Source of the DNA: Neoechinorhynchus agilis
Lineage: Eukaryota; Animalia; Acanthocephala
Assembly: GCA_051530055.1 (NCBI GenBank)
Contig: CM121343.1
Span: forward strand, 838,389-902,388
Direction: 5' to 3'
DNA length: 64,000 nucleotides
Of this stretch, positions 1-14,274 are shown in pieces (position 1 is the first letter of the stretch; each line of letters opens with the position of its first letter). Below the pieces are notes generated by a model. The model searched no databases. It was not told where the DNA came from and worked only from the letters and a program-made list of their open reading frames with translations. Made by a program: the position numbers and the translations under genes.

Positions 1-8
1 CAAGGAAT

Positions 9-520
9 TCACAAACGACTTATAAAAAAAAGAGAGGATACCGAAAATCCATCGTTATTCACAGAATACATTTCAGTTATGTATTGAGGATTATTGATAG
101 GAGGTATTTGGCAGATCGGTGTCGTCGCCGTCCTTAGATCACATGGAGACATCATATTAGTATTTTCAGGTCGAATAGATAAAAACTTTGGATCGCTATT
201 CGCTTGCACCACGTTTTCCTTTCGCACGGTTTGCTGTTTGTACTTACTGCACTTTCTGTATTTGGCTCTCCTATTTTGGAACCACACCTTTAATTAGTAG
301 ATACAAAAAATGATATTTTTTTTGTAATGAACAATACCTGGATAGTAGAAATACTTAAATTACAAAATTTAGCTAAATCCTCCCTAACCGAAATGTCAGG
401 GTAATGCGTCGCCCGAAAAACTTTTTCAAGTCTTTCCAGTTGCGGGTTTGAGAAAGTAGTTCGATTTCTTCGAGATTTGTCGCATTTTTTCAAACTGCCG
501 GACAAACTACGTGACGCCAT
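9..520 (-). CDS. Paired-like (PRD class, Q50) homeobox protein, 2 exons (520-338, 287-9)
   Basis: [45 protein letters not shown] joined to [12 protein letters not shown] by a 50-nt GT-AG phase-0 intron (337-288) at the usual PRD-class IQ/VWF position; THYPD motif as in Arx/Alx/Drgx/Phox2-type genes; exact family not assignable. Confidence 0.88.
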
Positions 521-2110
521 AATAATCTATCAATTGAATTAGCTTGTGCAAATATTAGACGATGAAACCTCTTATCGATCGAATAGAAAAACTTGTTGGC
601 ACTAATATTGACTGCTGAAGTCTTCAATATATCGAAGGCTTCTGGATTTATACACTAAAGACAGAAGAAATCGGAGGATAAGAAATGAGCCAGGACGAAA
701 TTGTCATTGGAGTGATACCGAAGGGTATACTCTACGATACTGCTTACCTCCAGGGAGACTGTAAGATATACACTTATCTTCTAAACGACGGAACTGTATA
801 GAAATGAATACAATCCCGTCTGTCAAAGAAGACCTCGATACTCGGTGCCAAATGTTATGCCAACGAAGGTCCCCCCTCCCCATCGGTAACACTCAGAATC
901 AGCACACGTGCAATTAATTAAGCGCGCAGTATTCTGATTGGCTAAAAGTTGATATGAAGAATAGTTGTTGACCGAATTTTTTTTAGTGCCATTTCGTCAA
1001 CCATGTTGTTAAAAAATATTTTATTATTTGATTTTTAAGTGCTTACAAAATGTATTAATTATTATAAGATATTATGATTTTTTTTCAAACCTTTTTATAT
1101 TTTATTAGAATCGAAATAATCTTAGTAGTCACAAAAAATTATTGTTTTTTCCTGTGTACTCAGATGGCGGCAACCTACATAATGCAAAATATGCCGCCTT
1201 GCAGTTTTTTGGTACTCACATCTTTCATTGTTGATCATAGAGGCAATAGTGCTAGTATACTTGAAACCTGAACTAATTTATCATAGAAATAAATGACAGT
1301 TATTTTACAATTTATAGCTTATGTTAGTTTGAGGATGGTGAATATAAAATAAATACCAATGGCAAATTTGTATCCGTTCGGTGAAGTAAACTTGATCATA
1401 CAGAACACAAAATTATTTCTTCAAGATTAAATGAACATTTTACTCATTGAAATCGCAACTCAAAGAATCAACCAACATATGTTCAAAAGAAATAAATTTG
1501 AATTATAACCCCCCCGATTTAATGAAGACGAAAAAATTAGTAAAAACTTAAGGTGTAGTAAAGATGGAAATTTAGTGAATATTAATAATCAAAGAAGCGC
1601 AGTGATGTTTTTATTATTGGTCTATTACGACTTTATTTTTTAATAAGTTCAGCACTTTTATCTGTGAATCAGATTGTTTAGGTTCAATGCAAATACTTAA
1701 AGAAATTGTTTTTGGTTTTTTCGCAGAAATTCTTTTATAGGGAATTTCCAAGTGTGATCAAGAAATGCGTCATTAGTACTTGCTTGAATCCGATTTCTAG
1801 AAGATTTTATTACGAAGAAAATATTGACTAAAATCCAATCTTTAGCTTTAAGACTTATGATATTTGATTAATAGAAGTTCAAAGAGCAATCAATCGTTCT
1901 TAAAATATTAAATGGATCGATCGAATAGCGATGACATGATGCAATATTTTGCATGTAATTTTTATAAATTCTCCATTGTATAAAAAATGATTGATCGTTG
2001 GCATCTAACGATTATCCGACTTGTACTTAATCTACGTAATGTAAATCACTTATTGATGATGATGATAATTTAAGTAAATGTGTAACTTTCAAAAATTTAG
2101 AAGCATGATT

Positions 2111-3499
2111 TTATTTAGCAAAGCTTAAGTCAATGGGATAGTAGGTTTCCGCGTGACCCCATGTAGTAATGACATGCTGTTCAATCTCACATTGTCCAGC
2201 ATAGATTCGAAAATAGCCTTTTTCGCCCCATGAGGTGCCCCAAGAATTAGCACATATCCAGTATAGCCGATTATGATGATCGCTAGACCATCCCAAAATT
2301 CGAACTGAGTGATAGTTACATTGGCTTCTTCTAAACTTAATGGACTGTGCGTAAATTCCACTTCTGTAAAATATAAAATCCGGACAAGCAAGCATCGTTC
2401 CTTGAACTGCTCCTCTTAGGACCAATTCGTACTGTACATCTTTTACACTTGGATATAGCCTATATGCTGGTCCGAATCTGAAAACTAAATCACGTTTAAT
2501 TCTATTGTCCTTGCACATCACGGGCATGGTTTGTCCTCCAAGCATCAAGCGAATCCTGCGCTCATAAGGGAATGCACAACGGTCAACGTACTTGTCTTGA
2601 CCACTCGAATAAGGATAGCATTCTTCTTTTACAGCCCCGAATCTGTTCAAAAAATTCCATATATTATCAAGGTCTATCTCCTTTACATCGCATTCCCTAA
2701 CTTTTCCGCAGCTTAATGGAAACTGTATGGATAAAGGAGAAAAAGTTCGATTCCATATACGTTCCATGTGAGGTTGACGTGCAAATCGGTCAGCAGCAAC
2801 ATCAACTGCAGACACAATGTGTGAAATTGGACACGTCTTTTGGTTTCTAATTCGTCCAATCGGCCATGAAAGTTTTCTTAAGTCAAAACTTTCTATAGGT
2901 AAAAAGTTATGTAGTCCCGGGTCGTGTTCGTAAAATTGCAACGAGTGCTTCACTTCTTGACTTGAGCCAAATACACGTCGTCGCAAATGTCCAACAGTTT
3001 TTCCAAGAAACGACTTGTAGATTCCAGCTCGCCAAGTTGGTTCACTTGAATTAAGGTAGTTAATTTTGTTGATTGATTTGATCACTGCTTCGTCAACGGA
3101 CAAAGAATCGTTTAAAGCATCGCCATGACAAAACCAACTGTACCTTTTATCACATTGACAAGAGATCGCGTTGAGAATTACCGATTGGCCTATTTCAACC
3201 TCTTTTCCATCAACGAGACATGTTTTCGCCACTGTTGGATTTAATTTACAAATAATATCAAAGTCGGGACAACAATCACTTGAAGGATTTGTAGCTTCAC
3301 AGAAAAAGTCACAGTAACATTTTGAATCGTAGTATGGAACGAACAGAAGATCATTCCTGATTTGACTGCACTTTGTGGTTAAATCCCGGCAATATGGCAC
3401 TTTTTTCTCCCAGAGTGCGTATTTGCAGTTGGTGAACGAATTCGACAAGGTAAAGGCCATAAACAAGAAATTTGAGATGTGAAGTACATCGATCACCAT
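2111..3499 (-). CDS. Tubulointerstitial nephritis antigen-like protein (somatomedin-B-like Cys-rich domain plus papain C1A domain), intronless
   Basis: First ATG at 3499, hydrophobic N-terminus, CYCDFFC...DCCPDF Cys-rich motif, FDLR..W, YHSVRILGW and WICANSWGTSWGEKGYFRI motifs; catalytic Cys position holds Ser (CPISH), as in the TINAG family. Confidence 0.85.
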   Translation of the reverse strand: MVIDVLHISNFLFMAFTLSNSFTNCKYALWEKKVPYCRDLTTKCSQIRNDLLFVPYYDSKCYCDFFCEATNPSSDCCPDFDIICKLNPTVAKTCLVDGKEVEIGQSVILNAISCQCDKRYSWFCHGDALNDSLSVDEAVIKSINKINYLNSSEPTWRAGIYKSFLGKTVGHLRRRVFGSSQEVKHSLQFYEHDPGLHNFLPIESFDLRKLSWPIGRIRNQKTCPISHIVSAVDVAADRFARQPHMERIWNRTFSPLSIQFPLSCGKVRECDVKEIDLDNIWNFLNRFGAVKEECYPYSSGQDKYVDRCAFPYERRIRLMLGGQTMPVMCKDNRIKRDLVFRFGPAYRLYPSVKDVQYELVLRGAVQGTMLACPDFIFYRSGIYAQSIKFRRSQCNYHSVRILGWSSDHHNRLYWICANSWGTSWGEKGYFRIYAGQCEIEQHVITTWGHAETYYPIDLSFAK

Positions 3500-5725
3500 T
3501 ATGTTAGACTCAGAATATATCCACAAAGATTGATCCGCTCGTTCCTATAGGGAAAAGGAGTAGAACTGAGCCGTCTTTTTTACAAATCAATAACGACTGC
3601 TGATAACGATCACAGAAAGTAGGCGGCATGGGATTTAAACAAACAAAATGTCTCAGATTTACCTAGCTTAATAGCAATGTTTATTCGGCTGCAAGCTACG
3701 GTATACTGCTTGGTTACAAAGAGCTTAGATAATGATTTTATTGTTTCCACGGAGCACATGGCACCACTTTGTCGCTCTCATAGGTAAATAATACGGAGCT
3801 AGTTATCAAAGGTGACGACACAAAGGAGCCGGTTGCAGTGGCTGGGTCAAAGGTATTGAACGTATGGCTCCCGAATTCTGCGCTACTGGCGGCACCTTTA
3901 CCGCTTACCTTACTCCGCTACAGCTTCACTTGGTTTGAACCCACATGGAAACGTTTTTCGAGCAAGTGCTAATGATAATCCCGTTATGCACATCACCTAC
4001 ACATGGAACATTGTTGATATCTACTAGCATCTCAAGGCGTCAACAAACGGATTTGATCGGAAATATCATGTTTTCTGAAATCGGATTCCTACTTAATGTA
4101 TCCATAACTATAATGCACATGTAGAACCATCTAATTCCTTCACACTTTGACGCCGATGCAATCGCCCAAGATAGCCTAATTGAATACACTTGGTATTTAA
4201 AGAAGAGCGAACTTATCGAAATCCGGGGGGGGGAATTAAACAAAACGCAACCTGTAAACTTTTATGTATATTCCGTGAAACTAGAGTTGTTGTAGTAAGC
4301 AGGAAAGATTTAACACCAGGTATCTTCTACATGGATGAAGGAATCCGTAATGCAACAAATGGTCGGAATTCAGGTCGTTTGTATCTATCGTAACCTATTT
4401 GACGCTATCTTTTGTCGTTTTGTGCTACAAGTAATCATACTACCGTTCTGCTCATTGGATGTATAAACTAAAAATGAGATCGTAGTAGCCTTGGGTTCTT
4501 AGATATGCCTTCGAGCGTTGAGAGGAGGGAGCACAACTAGTGGACCGGGCAAATCGAATTGTACGGGTGGTGTACTTACAAATTGGTTTTCTCGTGTACT
4601 ATTCTGACATTCCAACTAAGACCAAATCATTTGCATCACCGTCCAACATCTTTTAAAAACTGTGCAATAAAACACAAATTCCAAATGAAATTTATCATCG
4701 CTTTTTGATTTAAGACTGGTGTACGGATTTCACAGGATAAAACATGATTTACAAGCTTCCGCCATAAATGTCAGCCATTACATGCCATCAAGTAATAGGT
4801 TTCTTACTGGGAATAGTAGGCTTAATAGATAACTCTCGGCTTGGAGGAATTTGCCGCGCCCGTTTATTCGAACTAATAATAATGTTTTTAGACTGAATAG
4901 TCGCTTGAACTTTGCCACCATTGGGCCCCAACAGTCAATATCAAGAAAACGGATAATAAAGAGCTTTTTTGCAGAACTCACCAATAAGGCTTTTCCACAT
5001 TTTTGTAAAGGTAAACAGAATAGTTTTTCATTGTCAATGTCACATCCAACCAAGAAGTTCGTTTCGCTGATAGATAAAAGTTATGTCGCTCTCACACCGG
5101 TCGATTTAAAAGAATTACTAAAACTAGGATATGAGAAATCAGAGGTTTACTTCTGACTATGATTTTTAACGAGATAAATAATCATGATTGACAGTCGTAC
5201 AAACGAAAAATTCTGCACTATAAACTTCTATGGCTTATAAATACCATTGTACAAAGCGACATTCTAGGCACGTTTGACCTAGATTTTCAGCACATATCAA
5301 ACTGTAGAAACGTGATACAATCAAACCCGTTTAGTCCGTGATCAATTATCTTAACCTTATTTATTTGGGCATTCTATGTCTTTTACGAATGAAATGCCCT
5401 TGGGGTTGAGAGTGCCGCCGCTGATGAAATTACGGGAACAAAGGTGCTATTTTGTGCAGATTTAAATGCAATTTTTTAGCACGTTCTGTAAAACCTCAAA
5501 ACAAATCCTTCTCTTCAATGAATATGCTTTAAAATTCCAGTTATTTCCTGAAATTTTTAATATTGGTTATTCTTTTCGACTCTCATAAAATGCAGTAAAA
5601 TTCATTTCACTGATCTATTTATTAGACCCCAAAAGCATTCCGTGAAAGGTACATCGACTGAATAAATGCTAAAAACGTTAGAAAAACGCGTTCATACGTT
5701 CTGACAATGCATGTGGGACTATAGC

Positions 5726-8700
5726 AAATTCAATACGATTTCAAACTTAATGGAGTAAATACCGTAAGCGTATCCCTTCGAAAACCTATAAATCCATACT
5801 AGTCTCTTATCTTAAAGCCCATCCGCCATGCAGCTTTCAAATTCAATACGATTTCAAACTTAATGGAGTAAATACCGTAAGCGTATCCCTTCGAAAACCT
5901 ATAAATCCATACTCCTCTCTTATCTTAAAGCCCATCCGCCATGCAGCTTTCAAATTCAATACGATTTCAAACTTAATGGAGTAAATACCGTAAGCGTATC
6001 CCTTCGAAAACCTATAAATCCATACTCCTCTCTTATCTTAAAGCCCATCCGCCATGCAGCTTTCAAATTCAATACGATTTCAAACTTAATGGAGTAAATA
6101 CCGTAAGCGTATCCCTTCGAAAACCTATAAATCCATACTCCTCTCTTATCTTAAAGCCCATCCGCCATGCAGCTTTCAAATTCAATACGATTTCAAACTT
6201 AATGGAGTAAATACGTAAGCGTATCCCTTCGAAAACCTATAAATCCATACTCCTCTCTTATCTTAAAGCCCATCCGCCATGCAGCTTTCAAATTCAATAC
6301 GATTTCAAACTTAATGGAGTAAATACCGTAAGCGTATCCCTTCGAAAACCTATAATCCATACTCCTCTCTTATCTTAAAGCCCATCCGCCATGCAGCTTT
6401 CAAATTCAATACGATTTCAAACTTAATGGAGTAAATACCGTAAGCGTATCCCTTCGAAAACCTATAAATCCATACTCCTCTCTTATCTTAAAGCCCATCC
6501 GCCATCAGCTTTCAAATTCAATACGATTTCAAACTTAATGGAGTAAATACCGTAAGCGTATCCCTTCGAAAACCTATAAATCCATACTCCTCTCTTATCT
6601 TAAAGCCCATCCGCCATGCAGCTTTCAAATTCAATACGATTTCAAACTTAATGGAGTAAATACCGTAAGCGTATCCCTTCGAAAACCTATAAATCCATAC
6701 TCCTCTCTTATCTTAAAGCCCATCCGCCATGCAGCTTTCAAATTCAATACGATTTCAAACTTAATGGAGTAAATACCGTAAGCGTATCCCTTCGAAAACC
6801 TATAAATCCATACTCCTCTCTTATCTTAAAGCCCATCCGCCATGCAGCTTTCAAATTCAATACGATTTCAAACTTAATGGAGTAAATACCGTAAGCGTAT
6901 CCCTTCGAAAACCTATAAATCCATACTCCTCTCTTATCTTAAAGCCCATCCGCCATGCAGCTTTCAAATTCAATACGATTTCAAACTTAATGGAGTAAAT
7001 ACCGTAAGCGTATCCCTTCGAAAACCTATAAATCCATACTCCTCTCTTATCTTAAAGCCCATCCGCCATGCAGCTTTCAAATTCAATACGATTTCAAACT
7101 TAATGGAGTAAATACCGTAAGCGTATCCCTTCGAAAACCTATAAATCCATACTCCTCTCTTATCTTAAAGCCCATCCGCCATGCAGCTTTCAAATTCAAT
7201 ACGATTTCAAACTTAATGGAGTAAATACCGTAAGCGTATCCCCTTCGAAAACCTATAAATCCATACTCTCTTATCTTAAAGCCCATCCGCCATGCAGCTT
7301 TCAAATTCAATACGATTTCAAACTTAATGGAGTAAATACCGTAAGCGTATCCCTTCGAAAACCTATAAATCCATACTCCTCTCTTATCTTAAAGCCCATC
7401 CGCCATGCAGCTTTCAAATTCAATACGATTTCAAACTTAATGGAGTAAATACCGTAAGCGTATCCCTTCGAAAACCTATAAATCCATACTCCCTCTCTTA
7501 TCTTAAAGCCCATCCGCCATGCAGCTTTCAAATTCAATACGATTTCAAACTTAATGGAGTAAATACCGTTAGCGTATCCCTTCGAAAACCTATAAATCCA
7601 TACTCCCTCTCTTATCTTAAAGCCCATCCGCCATGCAGCTTTCAAATTCAATACGATTTCAAACTTAATGGAGTAAATACCGTAAGCGTATCCCTTCGAA
7701 AACCTATAAATCCATACTCCTCTCTTATCTTAAAGCCCATCCGCCATGCAGCTTTCAAATTCAATACGATTTCAAACTTAATGGAGTAAATACCGTAAGC
7801 GTATCCCTTCGAAAACCTATAAATCCATACTCCTCTCTTATCTTAAAGCCCATCCGCCATGCAGCTTTCAAATTCAATACGATTTCAAACTTAATGGAGT
7901 AAATACCGTAAGCGTATCCCTTCGAAAACCTATAAATCCATACTCCTCTCTTATCTTAAAGCCCATCCGCCATGCAGCTTTCAAATTCAATACGATTTCA
8001 AACTTAATGGAGTAAATACCGTAAGCGTATCCCTTCGAAAACCTATAAATCCATACTCCTCTCTTATCTTAAAGCCCATCCGCCATGCAGCTTTCAAATT
8101 CAATACGATTTCAAACTTAATGGAGTAAATACCGTAAGCGTATCCCTTCGAAAACCTATAAAATCCATACTCCTCTCTTATCTTAAAGCCCATCCGCCAT
8201 GCAGCTTTCAAATTCAATACGATTTCAAACTTAATGGAGTAAATACCGTAAGCGTATCCCTTCGAAAACCTATAAATCCATACTCCTCTCTTATCTTAAA
8301 GCCCATCCGCCATGCAGCTTTCAAATTCAATACGATTTCAAACTTAATGGAGTAAATACCGTAAGCGTATCCCTTCGAAAACCTATAAATCCATACTCCT
8401 CTCTTATCTTAAAGCCCATCCGCCATGCAGCTTTCAAATTCAATACGATTTCAAACTTAATGGAGTAAATACCGTAAGCGTATCCCTTCGAAAACCTATA
8501 AATCCATACTCCTCTCTTATCTTAAAGCCCATCCGCCATGCAGCTTTCAAATTCAATACGATTTCAAACTTAATGGTAAATACCGTAAGCGATCCCTTCG
8601 AAAACCTATAAATCCATACTCCTCTCTTATCTTAAAGCCCATCCGCCATGCAGCTTTCAAATTCAATACGATTTCAAACTTAATGGAGTAAATACCGTAA

Positions 8701-9648
8701 GCGTATCCCTTCGAAAACCTATAAATCCATACTCCTCTCTTATCTTAAAGCCCATCCGCCATGCAGCTTTCAAATTCAATACGATTTCAAACTTAATGGA
8801 GTAAATACCGTAAGCGTATCCCTTCGAAAACCTATAAATCCATACTCCTCTCTCAGCTTTCAAATTCAATACGATTTCAAACTTAATGGAGTAAATACCG
8901 TAAGCGTATCCCTTCGAAAACCTATAAATCCATACTCCTCTCTTATCTTAAAGCCCATCCGCCATGCAGCTTTCAAATTCAATACGATTTCAAACTTAAT
9001 GGAGTAAATACCGTAAGCGTATCCCTTCGAAAACCTATAAATCCATACTCCTCTCTTATCTTAAAGCCCATCCGCCATGCAGCTTTCAAATTCAATACGA
9101 TTTCAAACTTAATGGAGTAAATACCGTAAGCGTATCCCTTCGAAAACCTATAAATCCATACTCCTCTCTTATCTTAAAGCCCATCCGCCATGCAGCTTTC
9201 AAATTCAATACGATTTCAAACTTAATGGAGTAAATACCGTAAGCGTATCCCTTCGAAAACCTATAAATCCATACTCCTCTCTTATCTTAAAGCCCATCCG
9301 CCATGCAGCTTTCAAATTCAATACGATTTCAAACTTAATGGAGTAAATACCGTAAGCGTATCCCTTCGAAAACCTATAAATCCATACTCCTCTCTTATCT
9401 TAAAGCCCATCCGCCATGCAGCTTTCAAATTCAATACGATTTCAAACTTAATGGAGTAAATACCGTAAGCGTATCCCTTCGAAAACCTATAAATCCATAC
9501 TCCTCTATCTTAAAGCCCATCCGCCATGCAGCTTTCAAATTCAATACGATTTCAAACTTAATGGAGTAAATACCGTAAGCGTATCCCTTCGAAAACCTAT
9601 AAATCCATACTCCTCTCTTATCTTAAAGCCCATCCGCCATGCAGCTTT
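5726..9648. repeat. Tandem satellite, 113-bp unit, ~35 copies, highly homogeneous
   Basis: Unit AAATTCAATACGATTTC...CCATGCAGCTTTC starts at 5726, 5839, 5952 (113-bp period); mostly 1-bp indel variants; one unit lacks 23 bp near 8853. Confidence 0.98.
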
Positions 9649-12600
9649 GCATTGTGGAGCACTAATTCCGAATTGAAGTGAATACGGTGCCCTAATCAGA
9701 GATGATAACTTTGATATCGGTACCTGTGTAGATAACCACCATCTTATCAAAACGAAATATCAGTGCCTAAAATGCGGTAAGCTTTCGGTTTTACTCGCCA
9801 TATCTTATTTAGACTATTGATGATTTTTTACGTGATAATGTTCAAGTTTTTCGGACTACAATACCAACAACGAATTAGAATTGGACATGGTCAAATGCAA
9901 AACGTGATCGCATTCCTCCAATTCCAAAGTGATTACAATGCAATAAATGCAAGTCAATTCGCTAAGTATTTAATAATCATCAACATGCCAAGTCTAAAGC
10001 TCCACGTGAGTCGTGCTTTATAACAGTAGCGAACTTTGCCAATAAAATGTATAGGTTCTAAAGGCAGCGATTAAATTGTCAAGAAAGGACAAAAACGAAC
10101 AAAGCTTATTAATTTATTCCGTAAGATTTTTAGTCATCTCAAGTGTAGATAGATCAGACCTTTAAATTCTGATGCAGGAGTTTTTAGCACTTGTTTTTCT
10201 CGAAAAAATCACGCAAATAGTATAATAAAGAGTAGCACATTCAATGTTTAGATGATAAGGAAAAGGTTTTTGTTACTCGGTATTATTTGTATGATTTTAT
10301 TTAAAGTCAACTGAGATAGAAGACTGCAGTTTTTCAAAGATCGTCGTGCTCGGAATTTTCTAAATTATAAACCATTTAAGTATATTAATCTTGCACAGAT
10401 TTCGAAAATAGTGCTCGTTGAAAAATCCGGTGATATATTGTTAGTATGTAAAATCATCAAGGGAAAGTCTTTTGGGATGATAAAATTAGAGATGTGGTAT
10501 GATCTGAATCCCCTGGATCGAGAAATATTTGATTGAATTGAGATAGATATAGTCGATTAGATTGATTTACAATTAAATGATGAAGCGAGGCTTCCATTTT
10601 CGAAATATCTCAATAAAATATTTTCAATTCGGATGGGGGGGTTGAAAGGGAACTCTCATTGTATGTTTTACATATCAAAAATTATTTACAGCCCAAGTGG
10701 GATCTTAGCAAATATGCATTCATGAGTAATGTTTTGTATGCTGAATTACAAAGGAAACGATATATATTTGATTAAATGTTATTTGCTTTCAGGAAGTACT
10801 GCAAGAAATTTAAACTAGTGAGTTGAATTCTACTAGAACAATGATAAATAGTCAGACATTTCTTTGAGCAATATCGATAGCTTTCACCACATTACTCTTG
10901 TTATGGCCATCGATTTTGACGAATAAACTAATTAGTAATTTTTTGTTGTTGGTTGAGTAATTATAATTTGACTGTAAGCTTGCAGGGAAACTAATAATCA
11001 TGTTGGATAAAACCTTCAAATGTATATTCTTCATTTATCGGCGGATATGATCTATTTATTTTAAAAATAGCATATCTAATTCAATTTTATTTGATATAGT
11101 GGATATAATAAAATAGTTGCATGATTCATTATTCATTCCCAATTTTCACTCTAGATGATTACAAGGCTACGTTTCCCTTAGATATCATTCATTTGTACAA
11201 TTCAGAAGCTTACGCATAACTCGTGTAACAATTGTTGTTCACTTGAATGGAGATAAATTGTCTCTTGAGATATGCAACCCATTTTCCAAGTTACTGATTT
11301 GTCTCGGATTCATTTAATCCAATCAATAACACTATTTCTGATGAGTATATGCTTTACAGTGATCGATGCTATCCCGATCCCCTTTTCTACTTTCCCATAC
11401 TTAGAATTATTTTTTAGGTCTTCACCCGGTAAAGAGTTTATTAAAACGTTTCGAACCTCAACAAACAAATTGGTCATGAATCCGACGAACTTTGAATAGT
11501 TTTTAATAGGCTCTTTACCGGATGAAGACCTCACATACCGACATCTCCCATACTTATTAAGGTTCTGAATAGTCATTTTATTAGTGGAACAACTTCTGCA
11601 ATCAAGTAAAATCCAGTCTCGCGAAATCTTTTATAATTTGGGTGTTCACTGCCAAGATTGGCATATTTAAAAACGGTTTTCCAATTACAAGTCTCTAAGC
11701 AGCGCATTCCACGGTTGCGGTATTTAGGCGGATTTCCTCAATCACATTTCGTACGTTTCCAGTCCAATCAACTTCCATAGAATGTTAAAATATAGTCGTA
11801 ATTGACTCTTAAGATTCATATTTGTGTGCGCTTGTGCCCGAATTATATCTATGATATTTTTTAGTACCTCTAAAGTAGCCGAGAGTAAGATAACGAGTAG
11901 CAACTTATTTTGTATACTTCGAACACTGAACACGCATTTCAAAAGAAATGGTCTGCAATAAAATCGTAAATGTATTTTTCCTGGTACTCATAAAATAAAA
12001 GAGTTTTGCGACCCTTCTCACGATCAAGACCAATATGACAGACTTCTTTTGCCATCTTAAATGTTTAAAGAGACTTTGATTTTAGTTTACTGGTGTTACA
12101 TCCTTTGATCACATTGTTGGATATAATTATGCGAGTCAATTTTAATAATAGGCAAACTTGTTGTAATGAGAAATAGGCTGGTTAAACCTCTTATCACTTA
12201 GATTTATACTTCAATTCCTTTTCTGTTTCTCACTGACGCAAAATGCCACTTCCACAGGAAGTCCTTTTATTTCATTCGGAAGTTCTGCCAACCATTTTGC
12301 TTCCAAAAACGTTATGTATTTTTAAATTGCAGTGCATGTGATTCCTTGCTTCAAACAATCACGTTGCCGTAGCATTACTCAATAAACTCATATCACTTGG
12401 AGACAACTTTATTTTCTAAAGAAGGATAAAAGCATTTTAAAGGCGCTTTGACGATAAGGAACAAACGATCTTATGTTTGAGCATCACGGTACTCTTCATT
12501 AAATGGACCATTGTAAAAAAAATAGCAAAATTATGAGATCATCCAGAGACCAATCGCTTTTTCCATTAAAAAATTAATGTTCCCACCACGCTGGCGATAT

Positions 12601-12716
12601 TTTTAACATTCATAATATTTTCACGGGCCAACATCTACGTCCCTTTATGTGGCAAAGGACTATTAATGTTGTAAAGAAGTTGTTCATGGATATATTTTGT
12701 TTTGTGATTGTGAAAT

Positions 12717-12856
12717 TAGAGATTAATTCCCTTTCACATAACATTTGGTCCGTCTCGCCGGACTTCTTCAGGTCTAAAAGGTAGTACAGAGTGCCTAAGA
12801 ACTCTGACGAGCCGGACGAAATATTGTGTGAAAGGGAATTGATAAATTAATCTCTA
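12717..12856. mobile_element. ~140-bp imperfect foldback (MITE-like hairpin)
   Basis: TAGAGATTAATTCCCTTTCACATAACATTT...TCCG pairs with CGGACGAAATATTGTGTGAAAGGGAATT[8-nt extra]AATCTCTA; pairing continues inward through TTCTT/AAGAA. Confidence 0.6.
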
Positions 12857-14274
12857 TTTTTGCTCGTAATGTATTTCGATTTTTCCCTTTTTTTATCTAT
12901 TATTGCCTTCATTTGAGACATTTTTAGGTACTTGACACATTGGATCGTCCATGACAAGTGCTTCGGCTTCATTTAGGTTTTATATAATACTTGAAAAGTT
13001 CATCTGAATCATGTCTTTTCTAAACAGTTTTAAGCAAAATTTGCCAGCTTATTCATATTAATAACCCGCAAAACAGGGAGTTCAAATGTCGCTCAACATC
13101 ATGTTTATTTAATTACTTATTGTCGATAGGATAGTGTTTATGGCATTTTAAAGGGTCAATGATTAATCTCGACTTTGCTATTCGAACTTGGAATACAATA
13201 AAATTTTGTTAGTAGTGTTTTTCTGACGGTTTTAATAAAACTGTTTCAATTTCTCAATAGAAAGCTTGTGCCTCCTATATGATTTGGAATTTTAAAGATT
13301 GTTACTAGTAATTTTAAGCGAAAATATGAATCTCTGCTAAGCTTTAATGAATGTTCAATGAATAAAACCTTAAGCAAGGTAGTATACTGAAGGATTTTTT
13401 TCTGCTGTATGCATTTGGGTTTTCCAAAGCACCCATTTCTGAGCTTCGTTGAAAAGACAAGTTTGCCGCCGTATGTGCGGAAAGCATTGTGAGTACGTTG
13501 AGCAGTTCGACGTGCTAAGGTTTGGCAATTCATTGATCCATCATAGTAGCCACACCGCTTGGAAATTCTTGGATTATTTTCAGATTATAATTAGTGTCCA
13601 TATTCACCTTGCCGGTTTAAAGTCTATTGACATGTCACTTAAATTTACTCATTTTAGTTGCATTTTATAGTTGATTTTTGTTTCAAAAGTCACCGACATT
13701 TAATATGTTTGTGATCTTCTCAAAATAATTGTACCTGTCGATTGTTGGATACCCCTGTGGCATAGATAGAATTACCACCTGAAAGGTTTCTTTTACCCCA
13801 ATAGCACTGTTAATGGCATCAAATAACAGAATAACTAATCAGACGGAGATGGTGGAACAGAGGAGGAAATTTTTTTTGCATAATAATATCACTTCATACC
13901 TACGGAGAAATCCAACGCCGCCAAAAGAGAGCGACATACCGTTCGGACAATTTAAAGCAATAATAACTAAAAATGGTTAATTATTTTTGTAGTGCCCTTG
14001 AGCTGAAGATATAAGATCGTATGTTTTTGTTATATTTTTACTAATTCACTTAGGTTTTTGAAAAATTGATTAAGTTTCACTTATAGAACTACTACTACTA
14101 CTACCTCTAAACTCTACATCCTCACAAACTACGCACTTTTCAACACTCTTACGCTTGCTCATACAATTAATCACACCTTCGAATTCGCTATATACTTATG
14201 AAGCCACCTTTGAACACTCACAGTGCCTTGAACATTTAAGAGTTTGCTAATTGATTGAGTAATTACTTTAAGAT

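Noticed and set aside
3560-5160. Exon-like open stretches upstream of the TINAG-like gene
   Set aside because: Multiple stops and frame changes, no recognisable protein.
5726-9648. CRISPR array or coding repeat (several ORFs in the track)
   Set aside because: Units are identical end to end with no unique spacers; the ORFs arise from the non-triplet period and indels.
9800-11050. Possible multi-exon plus-strand gene (several donor- and acceptor-like sites)
   Set aside because: Could not splice into one open frame and no recognisable homology.
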